From contig CAYSSX010000001.1 in the NCBI GenBank assembly GCA_964434115.1, positions 397,911 to 461,910 on the forward strand: a stretch of DNA of 64,000 nt, written 5' to 3'. Position numbers and translations under genes: made by a program. The stretch's first letter is position 1, and each line of letters starts with the position of its first letter. Below, in pieces: positions 44,778 through 58,000 of the stretch. Source of the stretch: an uncultured bacterium (lineage in GTDB: Bacteria; Omnitrophota; Omnitrophia; Omnitrophales; Aquincolibacteriaceae). The notes under the pieces were generated by a model. That model was not told the DNA's origin, did no database searches, and saw nothing but the letters and a program-made list of their open reading frames with translations.

Positions 44778-45898
44778 GACGCGAGCAATCCTTTCACTCT
44801 TTCATTAACGACCTGGCCGCCGTGCGCGACGCAGGCTCCTTTAATAATGTCGTCATTGAAGTCGAGGTTCAGCTTGCCGTCTTTCACAAGAAGGCCGAGC
44901 AGGGAAAGAATGTTACGGGAATAAAGCTGGCTGGCATGAACCGGCAAAGATGAAGGAAGATTCACGGGGCCGATGATGCTGACGCCGCCTGTGACCACGG
45001 TTTCGCCGGCCTTGGAGCCTTCGACATTCCCGCCCTGTTCCGCGGCCATGTCCACAACCACGGAACCGGCTTTCATTTTGGCCACCATGTCACGCGTCAC
45101 CAGCACCGGCGCTTTTTTGCCCGGCACCTGCGCGGTGGTAATCACCACATCGGACGCCGCGACGGTCTCAGCAAGCGCTTCCTGAAGTTTACGCTTGGTG
45201 TCGTCACTGACTTCCTTGGCATAGCCGCCTTCGGCGCGCGCGTCGACTTCAACCTTGGCTTCCACAAACTTCGCGCCAAGACTCTGAACCTGTTCTTTCA
45301 CTTCCGGACGGATATCAAAGGCGCTGACCACGGCACCCAGACGGCGGGCTGTGGCAATGGCCTGCAAACCGGCAACCCCGACGCCAATCACAAGGACCTT
45401 GGCCGGAGGTACGGTGCCTGCCGCGGTAGTTAACATAGGAAGGTATTTCCCGATGGTCATGGAAGCGGTGAGAACAGCCTTATACCCCCCAATATTGGCC
45501 TGGGAGGAAAGCGCGTCCATGCTCTGGGCGCGGCTGGTACGGGGAATGAGTTCCATGCTAAAGGCGGTAACGCCTTTTTTGGCAAGTTCGCCGCTGATAG
45601 AAGGCTCGGCAAGAGGATTCAGGAAACCGATGGTCACGGTCCCCTGTTTAAGACGGGCAATTTCAGCGGCTGCGGGCGCCGCGACCTTGACCACAATCTC
45701 GGAGGAAAAGACTTCCTCAACGCTGGCCATGACAGCCCCGGCCTTCTCATAATCCGCGTCGGAATGAAAGGCTTTCAGGCCTGCTCCGCGCTCAATGCGG
45801 ACCTGATAACCCGCTTTAATAAGCTTGGCCACGGTTTCAGGCACCAAAGCGACCCGGTTTTCACCGGTCTGAACTTCTTTAGGAACACCGAGTATCAT
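44774..45898 (-). CDS. pntAA: NAD(P) transhydrogenase subunit alpha part 1 (alanine dehydrogenase/PNT NAD(H)-binding domain)
   Basis: 374 aa with the Rossmann motif VLVIGVGVAGLQAIATARRLGAVV. A GAGGA ribosome-binding site lies 6 nt upstream of the ATG at 45898. Confidence 0.9.
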   Translation of the reverse strand: MILGVPKEVQTGENRVALVPETVAKLIKAGYQVRIERGAGLKAFHSDADYEKAGAVMASVEEVFSSEIVVKVAAPAAAEIARLKQGTVTIGFLNPLAEPSISGELAKKGVTAFSMELIPRTSRAQSMDALSSQANIGGYKAVLTASMTIGKYLPMLTTAAGTVPPAKVLVIGVGVAGLQAIATARRLGAVVSAFDIRPEVKEQVQSLGAKFVEAKVEVDARAEGGYAKEVSDDTKRKLQEALAETVAASDVVITTAQVPGKKAPVLVTRDMVAKMKAGSVVVDMAAEQGGNVEGSKAGETVVTGGVSIIGPVNLPSSLPVHASQLYSRNILSLLGLLVKDGKLNLDFNDDIIKGACVAHGGQVVNERVKGLLAS

Positions 45899-46038
45899 GA
45901 AAAATCCTCAAGGAGTGTGGATAGAAATATGGGGCATCATCATAAACACCTTCACGCCCAAGTCAAGAAAGACTTTAGAGTGCCTAACAGACTCGCTCGA
46001 TTCAGGTTAAAAACTCTACGGCTTTCGGAAGGATTTCT

Positions 46039-49000
46039 TTAAGCAGCGGTTTCAACAAGGCGGTTCTGAAGAACGGCTTCGGCAATGAAGGCGGCCATGC
46101 GGATTTTGAAGGAATTCCCGGTAAGGGAACTTCCGGGAAGGATCTCCTGGATACGGGCTTGTAAAACCTGCCTTTGCGCCAAAGGCTCCCCAATGCCTTT
46201 TATTAAAGAAGCAGCTTTCAGAAGCGCGGGCAAAAGCAAAGCCGCGGCCGCGAGATCATCCTCGGCCAGGGTCCCGGCATCCAGAGAAAAGTTCGCGCCC
46301 AGGAGTTCCAGGGCCGGGTTGCCTTCATGGAGCACGGCCACCCCGTAGTCCTGGGCCTTGAGGTATTCCTGCACCCCTTCCGGAGCCACGGGCTTGAAAA
46401 GTTTTTGAAGATTTCCGTTTTCAGCAAGGTCCCGGATTTTCGCGTTCTCTTCCGGAGTAAACCCGTTGGCCTTTTGCTGAAGAATCCGGCCAATCTCCTT
46501 GAGCGTGCTTTCATCTCCGGTAATGGCCGCGGCTTCCTGCCCGCTTTGCCGGACGTGCTCAAGCGCGCCGACAAGAAGGAAGAGTCCTCTCGGGGAATGT
46601 CTCCCCCAGTTCAAAAGCCAGCTGCCGTCAAAAAGAATTTTCCCTCCGCTCGCCGCCCCTTCATCAAGCCAGCTCTGGTAAGCCCCGGAAGTCTTAAGCG
46701 GCATCACCGCATGGCCCTCGGACAGAAGGCTGATAATCTGTTCCGGAACAATACCCGCGGTCTCCGCGTACACGGTCCGGCCCAAAAGGTTCCCAAGCAG
46801 AGACGTGAGCGCGGGCACAGGGCGCGTTTCCATATAAGAGAGCGGGAGAATTTCCGCGCGGACTTCACGGAAATAGGAAAGCGCCGTGGGTGTGGGTGCC
46901 TCCAGCCGAAGTTCAGAACGGACCGCGGAAGGAAGCTGAGCCTGGGAAGACTCTAAAGTTCCGTCCGGGGCCAGTCTCGCCGAGGCTGTTTTAAAGACCC
47001 GGTAAAGAAAAGGCATCTGGTTCCCCCACGATGCGCCGGGAACATAAAGGGGTGGGCTTTCAATGCGGAACCCTCTTTCCCCGGCCATGCCCTTGATCTT
47101 CTCGATCACAGGGAGGTACTGATCGGGAACCAAAACACTCCCCACCAAATAGCCGCCATCCGCGACATCCCGAAGAAACCGCTCAATCAACTCTTCGCGG
47201 TTTCTCACGTTCGGATCATCCAGCACATTAAAAAACATCACGATCTTCTGGGAGGATTCTTCCACCGGAAATTTTAGATAATCCTGCGCAGGGTGAACGG
47301 TGTAGGCCCCGGATACGCGTTCGAAATCCTTGCGGTGATTCGAGACAAACATATTCTCGTTTTCCTGAAACCGGGGGTCCAGCGATACGGAATCAACCCG
47401 CGCGCCAAGCAGCGCGAGCGCGATCCCGTAGAAAGGTTCTGACCCTGTACCCACGGACAATACGCGGTCACCGGGTTTAATGCCAAACTGGCGGGCAAAC
47501 AAGGCGCGCTGCTGAAAAGCCTCGACCCGGCTGTTTTCCCAGGGCGTGAGCGCGTCACCCTCTTTGTTCTCCGTGATACGGAGCTCGGAGCGGGTTTTCC
47601 TGCCTCTCTCCGGAACACGGTAAACATACGTCGAAAGCCTGCCGTGCGGGATCACTTTTTCAAGATCCAGAAAAGCAAGATCCTCATCCGTCAATTCCTG
47701 ACGGAAGTGGATGACAAGCCGCGAACCGGGCGGAAGTTTTTTGAGTTTGGCGAGAAATTTTTCTTTTTCAAACATTTGGGCCGCGGAGCTGAGGTCAAAA
47801 TAGTAGTACACGTTTTTCGAAGGGTCTTTGACGTTACCCGCCCCGGCAAGATCCGAGGTCATGTAATTCCTTTTCACAATGTTGACTTTGAGCGGATTAA
47901 AAACAAGCAGCAGCCGGGGGTCTTCAGAAAGAGTCCTTAGTAAATGACGGCTTACGGTAAAAAGCCCGGGGTCGCTTTCATAGCCTGTGGCTTTCGCGGC
48001 CCCCAGCGCGGCCGCGAGAAAAAGAACCACCCCGCTGCCGCTTCCAAGATCAATGACATGCTCCCCGCCCTGCAAAATCTCTTTGAGAATCTCTGCCGCC
48101 ATAAAGGGGTCCGAAGGAATGAACATGCCGTCCTTGGTTTCTTCAGCCCGCGCGTCGAGCGGAAACTGTTCATCCTGAAGTTTGGCCAAAGCCGTGAGAA
48201 ACACAAGTTCCAAACCGTTAAAAAGGGGCTTTGTCCCGCTTTCTTCCGCCCGAAGCTCAGCGCGGGCCGTGGACGCAGCAGTCCCGCTCTCCGGGTCCCG
48301 GGCAAACACGTACAAGGCCTCATCCGCCGCGCCATTCCCGCGGATATAATTCGTAAAGGGATAATCCCGGGGCGCGTGCGGAAACATTTTGACGAGGGAA
48401 TAACCCCAGCGTTTAAACTCGCCGATCACGCCTTCCCGGTAAGCCCAATCAATTTCATGAATCCGAAGCAGCACAACACTGCCCCGGGGGTCCGCAAGAT
48501 GCACGGCCTCATCCACGATGGTTTCCAGGGCTTTCTGATTGTCCAGATAAGGGGCATTCATAAAAAGAACCTGCGAAAGGAGTTCCTCGGAATGGTTCTT
48601 TACAATGCGCGGCGCTAATTCCTGCTGAACGGTTCTCAATTCATATCCCGCTCCCGTTTCCAGCGGCGTCAAAACGCGCAGATGATCTTTGTCCAAAGCC
48701 TGCGCGGACGCCACAACCCCTGCCAAGGAAGGGTCTGCAGTCATCAGGGACTGAAGAAAACTTCCGTCACTGGCCAAATCAAAGACTTTCAATTTCTCAC
48801 TGCCGGAAATTCCCGGGAAAATTCCCTGCAGGAATTCCTTTGTCGTCAACGCGGATAAATCCGTCCACTCCCTGAGGGCTTTCAAATTCACGGCCGAAGG
48901 CTCCGTCTCTTCAAGTTTTTGGAGAAACGCGGGTTTTAAAACCTGATTTAAATCAACGGGCTTTCCGATTTTCAGGGCCTTCAAAATCACGGGCAGAGAC

Positions 49001-52000
49001 TGCCTTGAGCGCAACCCTCTTAAACTGTCCATCTCATCACGCACCATCGCAGCGTTTTCCCAGAACGAATGCGCCTGAAAAACCTGCGGATAAACATGGT
49101 AATCCGCCAGCCCGGCTTTAACATTGCCAAGGGCAGGAGCGTTTCCATTGGCATTAAGCGGGTAACTGAAAAGAGCGGTCACCGGGCCTTGATATCCGTT
49201 TTGTCTCAGCTGAGCGACAACCTCTTCAGCATTAAGGCTTTTGTCCTCGATAAGAGGATCAAAGTACTCGTGGTCCGCCACAACGACCAGGTCAAACTCC
49301 CGGCTCAGATCGCGCCACGGTGATGATTTCACCTCGAATAGATGCTGATAAAATGATTCCGCGGAGCCGAACTCAATCACCTCAGCACCTTCATAGAGAT
49401 TCCGGCCGAGCACATGCCGCGTCACTTCCACCACGCGCAGCACCGGTTTTTCCGGATCAAAAAGGGCCTGCCGGTTCAATCCCGTCAGATGTTTCTTTGC
49501 TTTGTAGAGCTGATCAAGAAGATAGCGGACAGCCCAGCCAAGGGTTTCCGGGTCAGAGCTTTCGCGGCTGTCAAAACGCTTCACCACCTCGGAGAAAACA
49601 CTGCGGCCGGCTTCCCAATTTGCGGCATTCCGGTAAACCTCTTCCCCGGCCAAGGCCTCCCATTCTTTCAAACTTTCGCCAAAAGCCCGTGGAAGTTCCT
49701 CATCAGAATTTCCGGTCTCAGACCATGTCTTCAAACGTTCCTGACTGTTTTCGAGCCGGCGGATGGCTGAATTCAGCTTTAACATCGCGGCTTTCCAGGC
49801 ACCTTCTTCCATGGGCGGAACTTCCTTGAGATCCTCTTCTGATGCTGCGGGAAGATTCACAGGCGCTTTCTCTTCACCCGGAAGGCTGGTCAAAAGAAGC
49901 GTCCTTCCGCCGGGGATGTCTCTGACGGAATACCGGAAACGGGGGAACTTTGCCCCCTCCCGGTGAATGCGTGAAAAAACTTCATAAGCAATATCCTGCT
50001 GAACGGTGAAGAGAAAACTCTTCTGCTTTAAATTAAACTGCGCGACATTAAAAAGAAGCACGGAGCTGATCTCGCCCGGATTGTGAAGAGCTTTGTTAAG
50101 CCTCTTCATGAAATCAAAATAGCCGTAAAAACTGTCGACGCTTCCCGATCCCTCCAAAAATCTCAGTTCAGAGCGGCTGGCGCGGCGGACATACAAGTTC
50201 TGCTGAAGAAATGTTTCTGAATCCAGAATTTCCTGAGGATTTTCACTGGCATAAAGAGTCTTGAAAAGCGTGCGCGCGCGGGCCGCGGTCTCTTCTGAAA
50301 AAAGCGCACCGGGGATGGTGCTATAAACCCGGGAAAGCTGTTCAAGCACGATTGTTTTCCTGCGCGGGTCCGTGAGATCGAAAAGAGCGCTATGGCTCCC
50401 CACAAAATCATTGCCGTCCGTACGCACCAGCGGCCGGTCAAGATTGCCGGTCATGGTCTGGCGGTGTTTTTCCGCTTCCTGAATCAAATCGTCCCGGCCT
50501 TTTTTCCGGGCCTCCGCAATTACTTCCTCCAAATGCACGAGCGTGGCCGATTTCCAGTCCTGACCGCTGAACCCCTGAAGGCGGTGAAGTTCAGCTTCCA
50601 CTCCTGGATTGAAAACCGCGGCGAGGCCATGTTCCGAAGCCCAGGCTTCTGCCTGTGCTTGGGTCATCACTACCCTGCCAAGACTTTTATCCGCTGCCAT
50701 GCCGTAAAACTCGGCCAAACTTTCACTGCCAGGTGTCAGAGCCGTCATAGTAAGACCTGTCCTGACCAGGAACCGCGGGGTGGCCGCGTATTTAACAAGA
50801 AAGTCCATCAGTACACGGGAAACACCGCGAAGATCCCCGTTTTGTCCGATGTTGCGGTAGTAATTTTCAATCTGCGAAATGCCGAGACCGTAGGTCCATT
50901 CCCGGAGAGGTCCGTCGAAACCCGTGTACTCAGGCTGAATGCCCACGAACCCCTCAAGGCGCTCTTTTTGATCTGTCACAGAGACAAGGCCGACACTATA
51001 GGGGCTGATGTAGCTGAAACGCGGCAAGCGGTCTGCCCAAACACCTTTCCTGGCCCATTGTTCCTGCCAGGCTGTGTCTTGATTAAGATCAGCCTTCCAA
51101 TCTGAAATGAAGTGAAGGTCTTTTTCAGGATCAAGGCGCCTCAGATAAAAACGCGTGCCCGAAGTTTTGGCTTTGTTCAAAGCCTCGTTTCCAAAATAAG
51201 CCGTGATTTCGTCATCCGCCAATTCCAGGGCTTCTGGAAGGGCCTGCGTAAACAATTCGTCAAAGGAACGGAGTTCAGACCTCATGGGTTTAAACTCGTA
51301 AAGCACGGCACGCTTGATACCGTCGGAATACGGCACAGAAACAAAGGACGCTGAAGCCGGCCCCATCTTTGAGGTTTTCACCATTTCCATGGCAAAGGGT
51401 TCCAGAAAGGGAACGTTCGAAGTCATTCGTCCCGACACCTGGACATATTCCGGAACGCTGAAAAGAACACGGCCCGGCTCGGAGCTTTTCAATTGCGCGG
51501 CCAGTTTGAACATTTTCTCAATCTTGTTCTGCTCATAGGTCGGCGGCGCCTTTGGAGAACCCACGGCCATGGCACGGCTGGGCGTTACCACATCGGTCAT
51601 CAGGAGATGCTTGAACTTTCTGCCTTCAAGGGTCTTTGCAGTTTGAGGGTCCGCAAGATCGCCCTCCACAATTTCAAAACTTCCGCCGGCCTGACGAATC
51701 AAACTCTCGAGGCGCTGGGCGTGAGCGCGAAGAGCGGTGACAGACTCAGGCCTTGATTCCACGGCCACAACCTTGGCTCCGAGCATGGCGGCGATAAGCC
51801 CAAGGCCCCCGCGTTCACCCGCGCCAAGGTCAATCAGGGTGTCCCCTGGCTGGATGTTGAGCGCCCGAAGCGCTTCAATGCCGCGCTGAGTGACGAGGTC
51901 CGCGCTGTAAACATCGTCCGCCTTACCGTCAAAAATCCGGTTCAGCAGGGGCCATTCAGGCCTGATGAGCAGCGCCGCATCCTGGCCTTCCTGCTTCGCG

Positions 52001-55000
52001 TAAAGTCTTTTGACTTCCTCTTTCACTTCCTGTGAAAAGGTCTGGCGGTAGAGATCCGCGGCGGTTTCAAACCCGGGCTGGGATTCCAGCAGGCTGAAAA
52101 TATAATCCAGAGCCGCGTCCGCGCGCGCAATCCAGAGCGGCGCGGGGTTATCGGAAAATAAACTGATTTTGGCATAGCGGCCGTGCCGGTAGCGCGGATC
52201 GTTTAATAAGGGTTTCGTCCCGGTCTGCAGGACCCGGTAATAACTTTCCATATCTTCCTGCGCATATCCGAAAAGGGTCCCGTAAAACCAGTGCGCCTTT
52301 TCAAGATTCGCCGGAGACCCGGAAGCCATCTGCGAATGAATTTTCATCAGCAGTTCGTGGGTTTTTGAAAAAAGCGTGTTGATGTCACCGCCGCGCAGGG
52401 CCTGATCCATGGAATCAAGAGCCGCATTATCTTCAGTCCCCAAAACTTTTTTCTGTGTCAGCCAACCGCGGTTTGAAAGAATTTTTACAGCGGCCGGCAG
52501 AAGCGCGATGAAATGGCTTTCGTCCGCGTAAAACATGAGCCGTGACCCGGCCAGAATTTCCTGGGCATTGATGGACGCGATCATTTCTCTGGGGTTCGGG
52601 GCGCCGTCTTCCACGGCGTAATAAAGCGGCTTTACGCCCAGCAGTACGAGCAGAAGGTTGGGGTAAAGAAACTTCTTTTGATTCTCTTCACTGAGTTTTG
52701 AAAAAACACTGGCAAACCAGCGTGCCTGATACTGGATGCGGCTGCCTTCCTGCTGTCCGAACACCTGAAACATCCGGTCTTCCTCCGGTGTGCGGAGTTC
52801 GGAACGGGCACCGGGTTTTGTAAACGTCAGAACATCCGGCGTGGACACAAGACCCATGGCCCAGAGGCTCTGGGGAACCGCCTGCCCTGTTTTGGCATCC
52901 AGCTGCCACGCATCCATAATGGGCGCGAGAAACTTTTCCCAGATCGGGACAAACTTTTCCCGGTTCGCCTGTTCGGGCAGGATCTCAACAATCAACTGTC
53001 CGGATTCTTGCAGCGCTCCCTTGACCCAGTCCCAGAAAGGCGCGGAGTCGAGAATCTGCGGAACATAGGCCCAGACATTTTTCAAACGAATGGTTCCGAA
53101 CTTTTCATCCTGCCCGATCATCGCCAGCATGTCCTGACGGCGCACTTCGACCTGATCCGCTTTAAGGATCTTCGCAGCTTCTTCAAGGTATGCGGCCGCG
53201 AAATAAGAGTTATCCACGAAAATGAATTTCCGTGTCTTGGGAAGGTTTTTGAAAAACACGGCAGCATAAATACCCGAAGCAAAATCAAGATACGGCAGGG
53301 TTTGCCCGTCTTGCCCCGGCAAAGTCCGATTGAGGTTTCCGCTTCGTTCAGCGTCCGGAATTTCCCCCCTTGCCGTAATCCGGCCCATAAGCTCCAGGAA
53401 TTCCCGCGCCTCAGCGTTTGCATCGGCCTGCTGGGTAAACGCAAAAAGGGCGGCGGCCTTAGGTTCCGGAACAAACGAGAACTCCGGATTACCCTGTTTC
53501 ATCAAGGTCATGGCAAGTTCGTGGGAGGCTGCCTTGTTCAGCTGTTTTAAATAAGCCGCGGCATAGTCGAGCAGGCTGTAAGCGCGCGCTTTCAGAAGTG
53601 TTTCCAGTTGGGGATCCAGCGTTCTCAAAATCGCTTCAGCACGGTCTTCGTCCGCACTTCTTAATTCACTGCGTTTTTGCAGATCCAGGTTTTTAAGATT
53701 GAAATACATCTGCGTTCCGGAACCGGAAAGCTTGACCGGCGGTTCCGAGGCGTCCGGGTCCAGATTGCGGGTTTGATTCCAGTCTTTCTGAAGATTCTCA
53801 AGAAAATCAGGAAACGAAATGTCCATACGGACCCATTCCACGCCCTTGCTTTTGATCCAGGACAGGATGCCCCGGAGCATTTCCTGAGATGGAACACCCG
53901 GATAACCGGCGCTTTCGATGGCCATAATCTGACCCCCGGAATTCTGGCGGATTTCGAGCATGACGCGGTCTTTTCCTTTTTGAACCAGCTCGGAATTCTC
54001 ATCCACAAAATCAAAGCTCAGGTTGTCACCGATGTTCCAGGCCCGAAGCTTCTGGGTCTTCAGGTCATTTGAAAGCCAGTCCCTTTTCCATTCCTGGAGC
54101 GTTTGCCAGGCAAAGTCACTTTCGGGTAAGCCGTCAGGCCAGAGTTTGTCCAGATCCCCGCTTCTCAGTTCGCTGCGCAAAGTGCTAAGCTCGATAGACT
54201 TCTGGCTCATCACAGACTGGATGTAGTTTTCCAGATCCCGCTTCTCGGAAGCATGCAGCACCCGGCCTCCGCGGTTCACATAAAAGGTGTCATTGACCAT
54301 GGCCGGATGCGTGGACACCGGCGCTGCCACGAGATTAATGCCGCGCTGATTGAGAATCAGCGACAGCGCGTGAAGCAGGCCCAGCCGGTTGGCGGTTTTG
54401 AGATTAAAAACACTAGCGCGGGTTCCGTAAATCTCCGTATCCTCGAGAAACTGGACTTCGGTTCCCACCGCCTCAATAATTTTCTCAGAAACATACGGCC
54501 GCTTGCCGCGCTCAAAAAGGGCTTCGACCGAAGGAAGGGTTCCAAGAAAAACATCCCGCATGTCCCGTGTCATCTGGTCCTGCATCAGGATATGGGCATG
54601 TGCATCCGGGTAGTCATCGTGAAAAAAGCCCTGAAAGGTGTCGACCACTTCCCCGTTGGTCAGGGTGCGGATATCGGCTTCCTCAATATCAAAACGGTGA
54701 TTCAGCAGAACGCCCGTTGCTTTTTCAAAAAAACCCTCGCTGTCGGCGGCGGCCCCCACCACGATTTCGTACCCGCGTTCATAGGTGCGCGAAAACTGAG
54801 GATTGAAATAAATCACAGGCGCCGGGTTCCCGGTGTCTTTCTGATAATCGAGGTGCAGAAGAAAAATGAGACGCTCCGCGGCCTGTTCTTCGGTGTAATC
54901 CCGGATCTGGTCCATGGAAAAAGCCGCGAGAAGCCGCTCAAGAAGATAATCAAACGCGCCGTCATCCGCCGCAGCGCCCTTTGCTTTAGCAATCAAACCG

Positions 55001-58000
55001 TCACGAACGCTCTCAAATTTGCCTTCATCCACAACCGCAACATTCTTGAAATAACCGCGTATCGTCTTCGGATCTAATTCTGAAAGAATCCGGCGCAGGC
55101 CCCCGCGGTTTTGTTCTTTATACTCGCTCCACTCTTTGTGTGTTTTAGCATGCGCCTGCCTCTGGATGTCTTCAATATGCCGGGATCGGTCCGGTTCCGA
55201 AGTGTCGAAATAATCCTCCAGCATGGCATAGATGTAATTCAGGCGGTCCAGCACGTCCGGACTCATGATCGGCGCCCAGGGATTTACGGAATCACGGTCG
55301 GTGAGGGATATCAGATAAAGCAGCTTCAGACGTTCCTGTGAAATTCCCGGATCCAGCGCGAAATGTTTCATGAGAACAGGCAGCTTGGCTTCAAAGCGGA
55401 CATCCTGCATGCGGGCAAAGGCGTTCAGCACCATGTGATCGCGCACCACCCATGCAGCATTTTCGATTTTGTCCGCAGGCACGCCCAGTTCTTTCAGGCG
55501 CACCGGAACAATATCGCGGGAGGACACAATCGCGTGGTCCGGTTCTACGGGCGTTTTGGACATGCGTTTGCCCAGATCATGAAAAAGCAGGGTCAGGCGG
55601 ATTTGCATCATCTGGTCTGGACTTAAGCCCTCAAGAACCGCCCGGCCTTTCTGAAGCTGCTCGTCCTCCGTCACGCGCAGGTCATCCAGTTTTTTAAGGT
55701 TATACAGCGTGTGCTGTCCCACGGTAAAAGCGTGGATATTAAAATTCGAGGGAATATCGCGGACATTCCTCAGTTCGGGAACAATGGCTTCGAGAATTCC
55801 GGACCGGTACATTTCCCAAAGCGCCCCGGTCACGGACTGCTGCCTCGAAAGCAGCTCGAGAAGGTTTCTGCCCAGTGCCTGAAAAGCCGCGGACGGAGTT
55901 TCCTTCACTCGTTCCTGATCGGCCCAGGCCTGCAGTTCCGGCTGAAAACGAAGAAGGGCAAAGCGGATCGAACTGCTGAGCGGAACTTCAAATTCCAGAG
56001 AGCGCAGGTACACGGAAACAGCACGCGAAGGATTGGCGCGGAAATACTCCAAGGCATCCGTGCCTGAGCGCAATCCGATCTGTTCCCGCTCCTCACGGAC
56101 AAATCCCCGAGACAGGGAAAAATGCAGCGAGGTTTCCTTCTGCAGTTCGAGGCCGTCTTCCACATCATGAACCGGCGCCGCAGCTGCAGCCTGCTTCAAA
56201 CGGGCCATGGCTTCCACCAGAACCGGGACGCTTTTGAAAGTTTCAGAAGCCGCATGGTAATAAGCCCGCAGGAATTCGTCGCGATCCGGAAGACCCGTGA
56301 GCTTGGCATCCGAATGGTATTTTCCGGCGGATTTTTCAAGAACCGCAAAAGACTCCAGGAGGTTCTTTTCAATGTCCTCATCAATAAGCCCGGATTTTTT
56401 GAGTTCGCCGAGAATCATTTCGGTTTCCTTGCGGGAGGAATATTTTTCCGGACTAATCGCAAGGCCGCGGTCACTAAGAAACTCACGCGCCGCCTCTTTT
56501 AGAAAATCAAATTCATAAATACTCCCCGGCCCGGTCTCCATGTTCACATCCCGGAACTGCACCCCCAGATGGCCTTCCTCGGAATCCGGTTTGCCGCGCT
56601 GGTGCAAATAATGATTTTCATTCCACTCCCGAAGCGCCTCCTCAAACCTTAATTCAGAACGAGGGACACCCGGCTCCGTTTCGCCGGTCTGGGGCTGCGG
56701 GGTTTGAAGCGCGCGCTCTTCGAGCAGCAGCATTTGTTCATAAAGGGCTTTAAAACTCGCGTATTGGGGCAGATTGAAATCAACAAACCTTTCGGCTGTC
56801 TCAGCGTAATTCTGTTCCCGGAAGTAATAATCCAGCGGGCCGGCAAAACTGAAGGTGCTTAGCGGCGCAAAAAGTTCCTCCGCTCCAGCCTCGTTTCCCG
56901 CATACCCCTTCAGAAATTCAAGCTGGAGTTCCAGGACATTGTTCTGATCTTCATGACGCCGGAAATAGCGGACGCTTTTGGAAAGATCGATCCACCTGAG
57001 CATGGCCGCCATCTCCCGCCGTCCTTTATCATCAGAGGCTTGAATTTCGGATCGCTCGCGGGTGGTTCCCAAATCACGGATCACAAGGTCCTGAAGAGTC
57101 AGCTGATTCCAGTCTGCCCCGGGTTTGATTCCGAAGTTTTCAAAATGCGGAAAGCGGTGGTAATAACCGGCATCATGATAAAGGCGCATAAGCTGCCCCA
57201 AAGCCCGGGCAAACCTTTCAGCGCCTTCACGGCTTAAGGGCGTCATCTGGCGGGTTTCATAATCCGAGAGGTAGAAAACGAGTTTGCGGGCATCTTCATC
57301 TTCACTGTCATCATCCCGCTCCACAAGGGGCTGAATACGGCGGTCGGTGCCGCGCATCCCGATCACCACAAAACCCAGTTTCTGTCCGCTGAACACGGCA
57401 TCCTTGTAAAGGCCCACTGCAAGGGCTTTATCCGCATGAGATGAAAGGACCTCTGAGGCCTGCAGTTTTTGCAGGGTCGCCTTTTCACGCTGTGACGACT
57501 CTTCGCTGCTGCCTCCAAAGACTTTGTAGCCCTCTGTTTTTTTCCAAAAGCGGAGCACTCCGGGAGCCGCAGCTTCCACATCCACGGGAACAAAACCGCG
57601 CCCCTGTTCACCGTAGCCGATCCATGCCCCCTCCTGATCCACGCGCGGCCGGACTCCTTTGAGGCGCAGCGTATCGATCCCGTCAAAACTTTCGGAAAGT
57701 TTCAGATAAACCGTGCGGCCTTCAAGGGCGCTCAGCTCCCATCCCGACTCAGCCTGCTGGACTTCTTTCACATAAATTTTTTCCGGATACTGTTTCAAAA
57801 GCCCGCGAAGAACGTCATCGCCGCCGGTGATGATTTTCTCAAAAAGCTCCCGCTCCGTTTTGCGGGCGGGCACATCCGAGTTGAACCATTTCCAAAAGTC
57901 CTGATTGAGAGACTCCTCTTCCAGAGCATACCCCAGCGCCTGCTGGGTTCTCAGCTCCGAACGCGCCGGAAGAAACCGGTTCTTGAGATTCCGCTCGTCC

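Noticed and set aside
46085-57686. Many short ORFs on both strands inside 46039..64000, including 50392..51105, 53008..53550 and 54253..55077.
   Set aside because: All are nested in, or antisense to, the single continuous giant frame, which carries conserved GNAT, HD and methyltransferase motifs. They do not break that frame.
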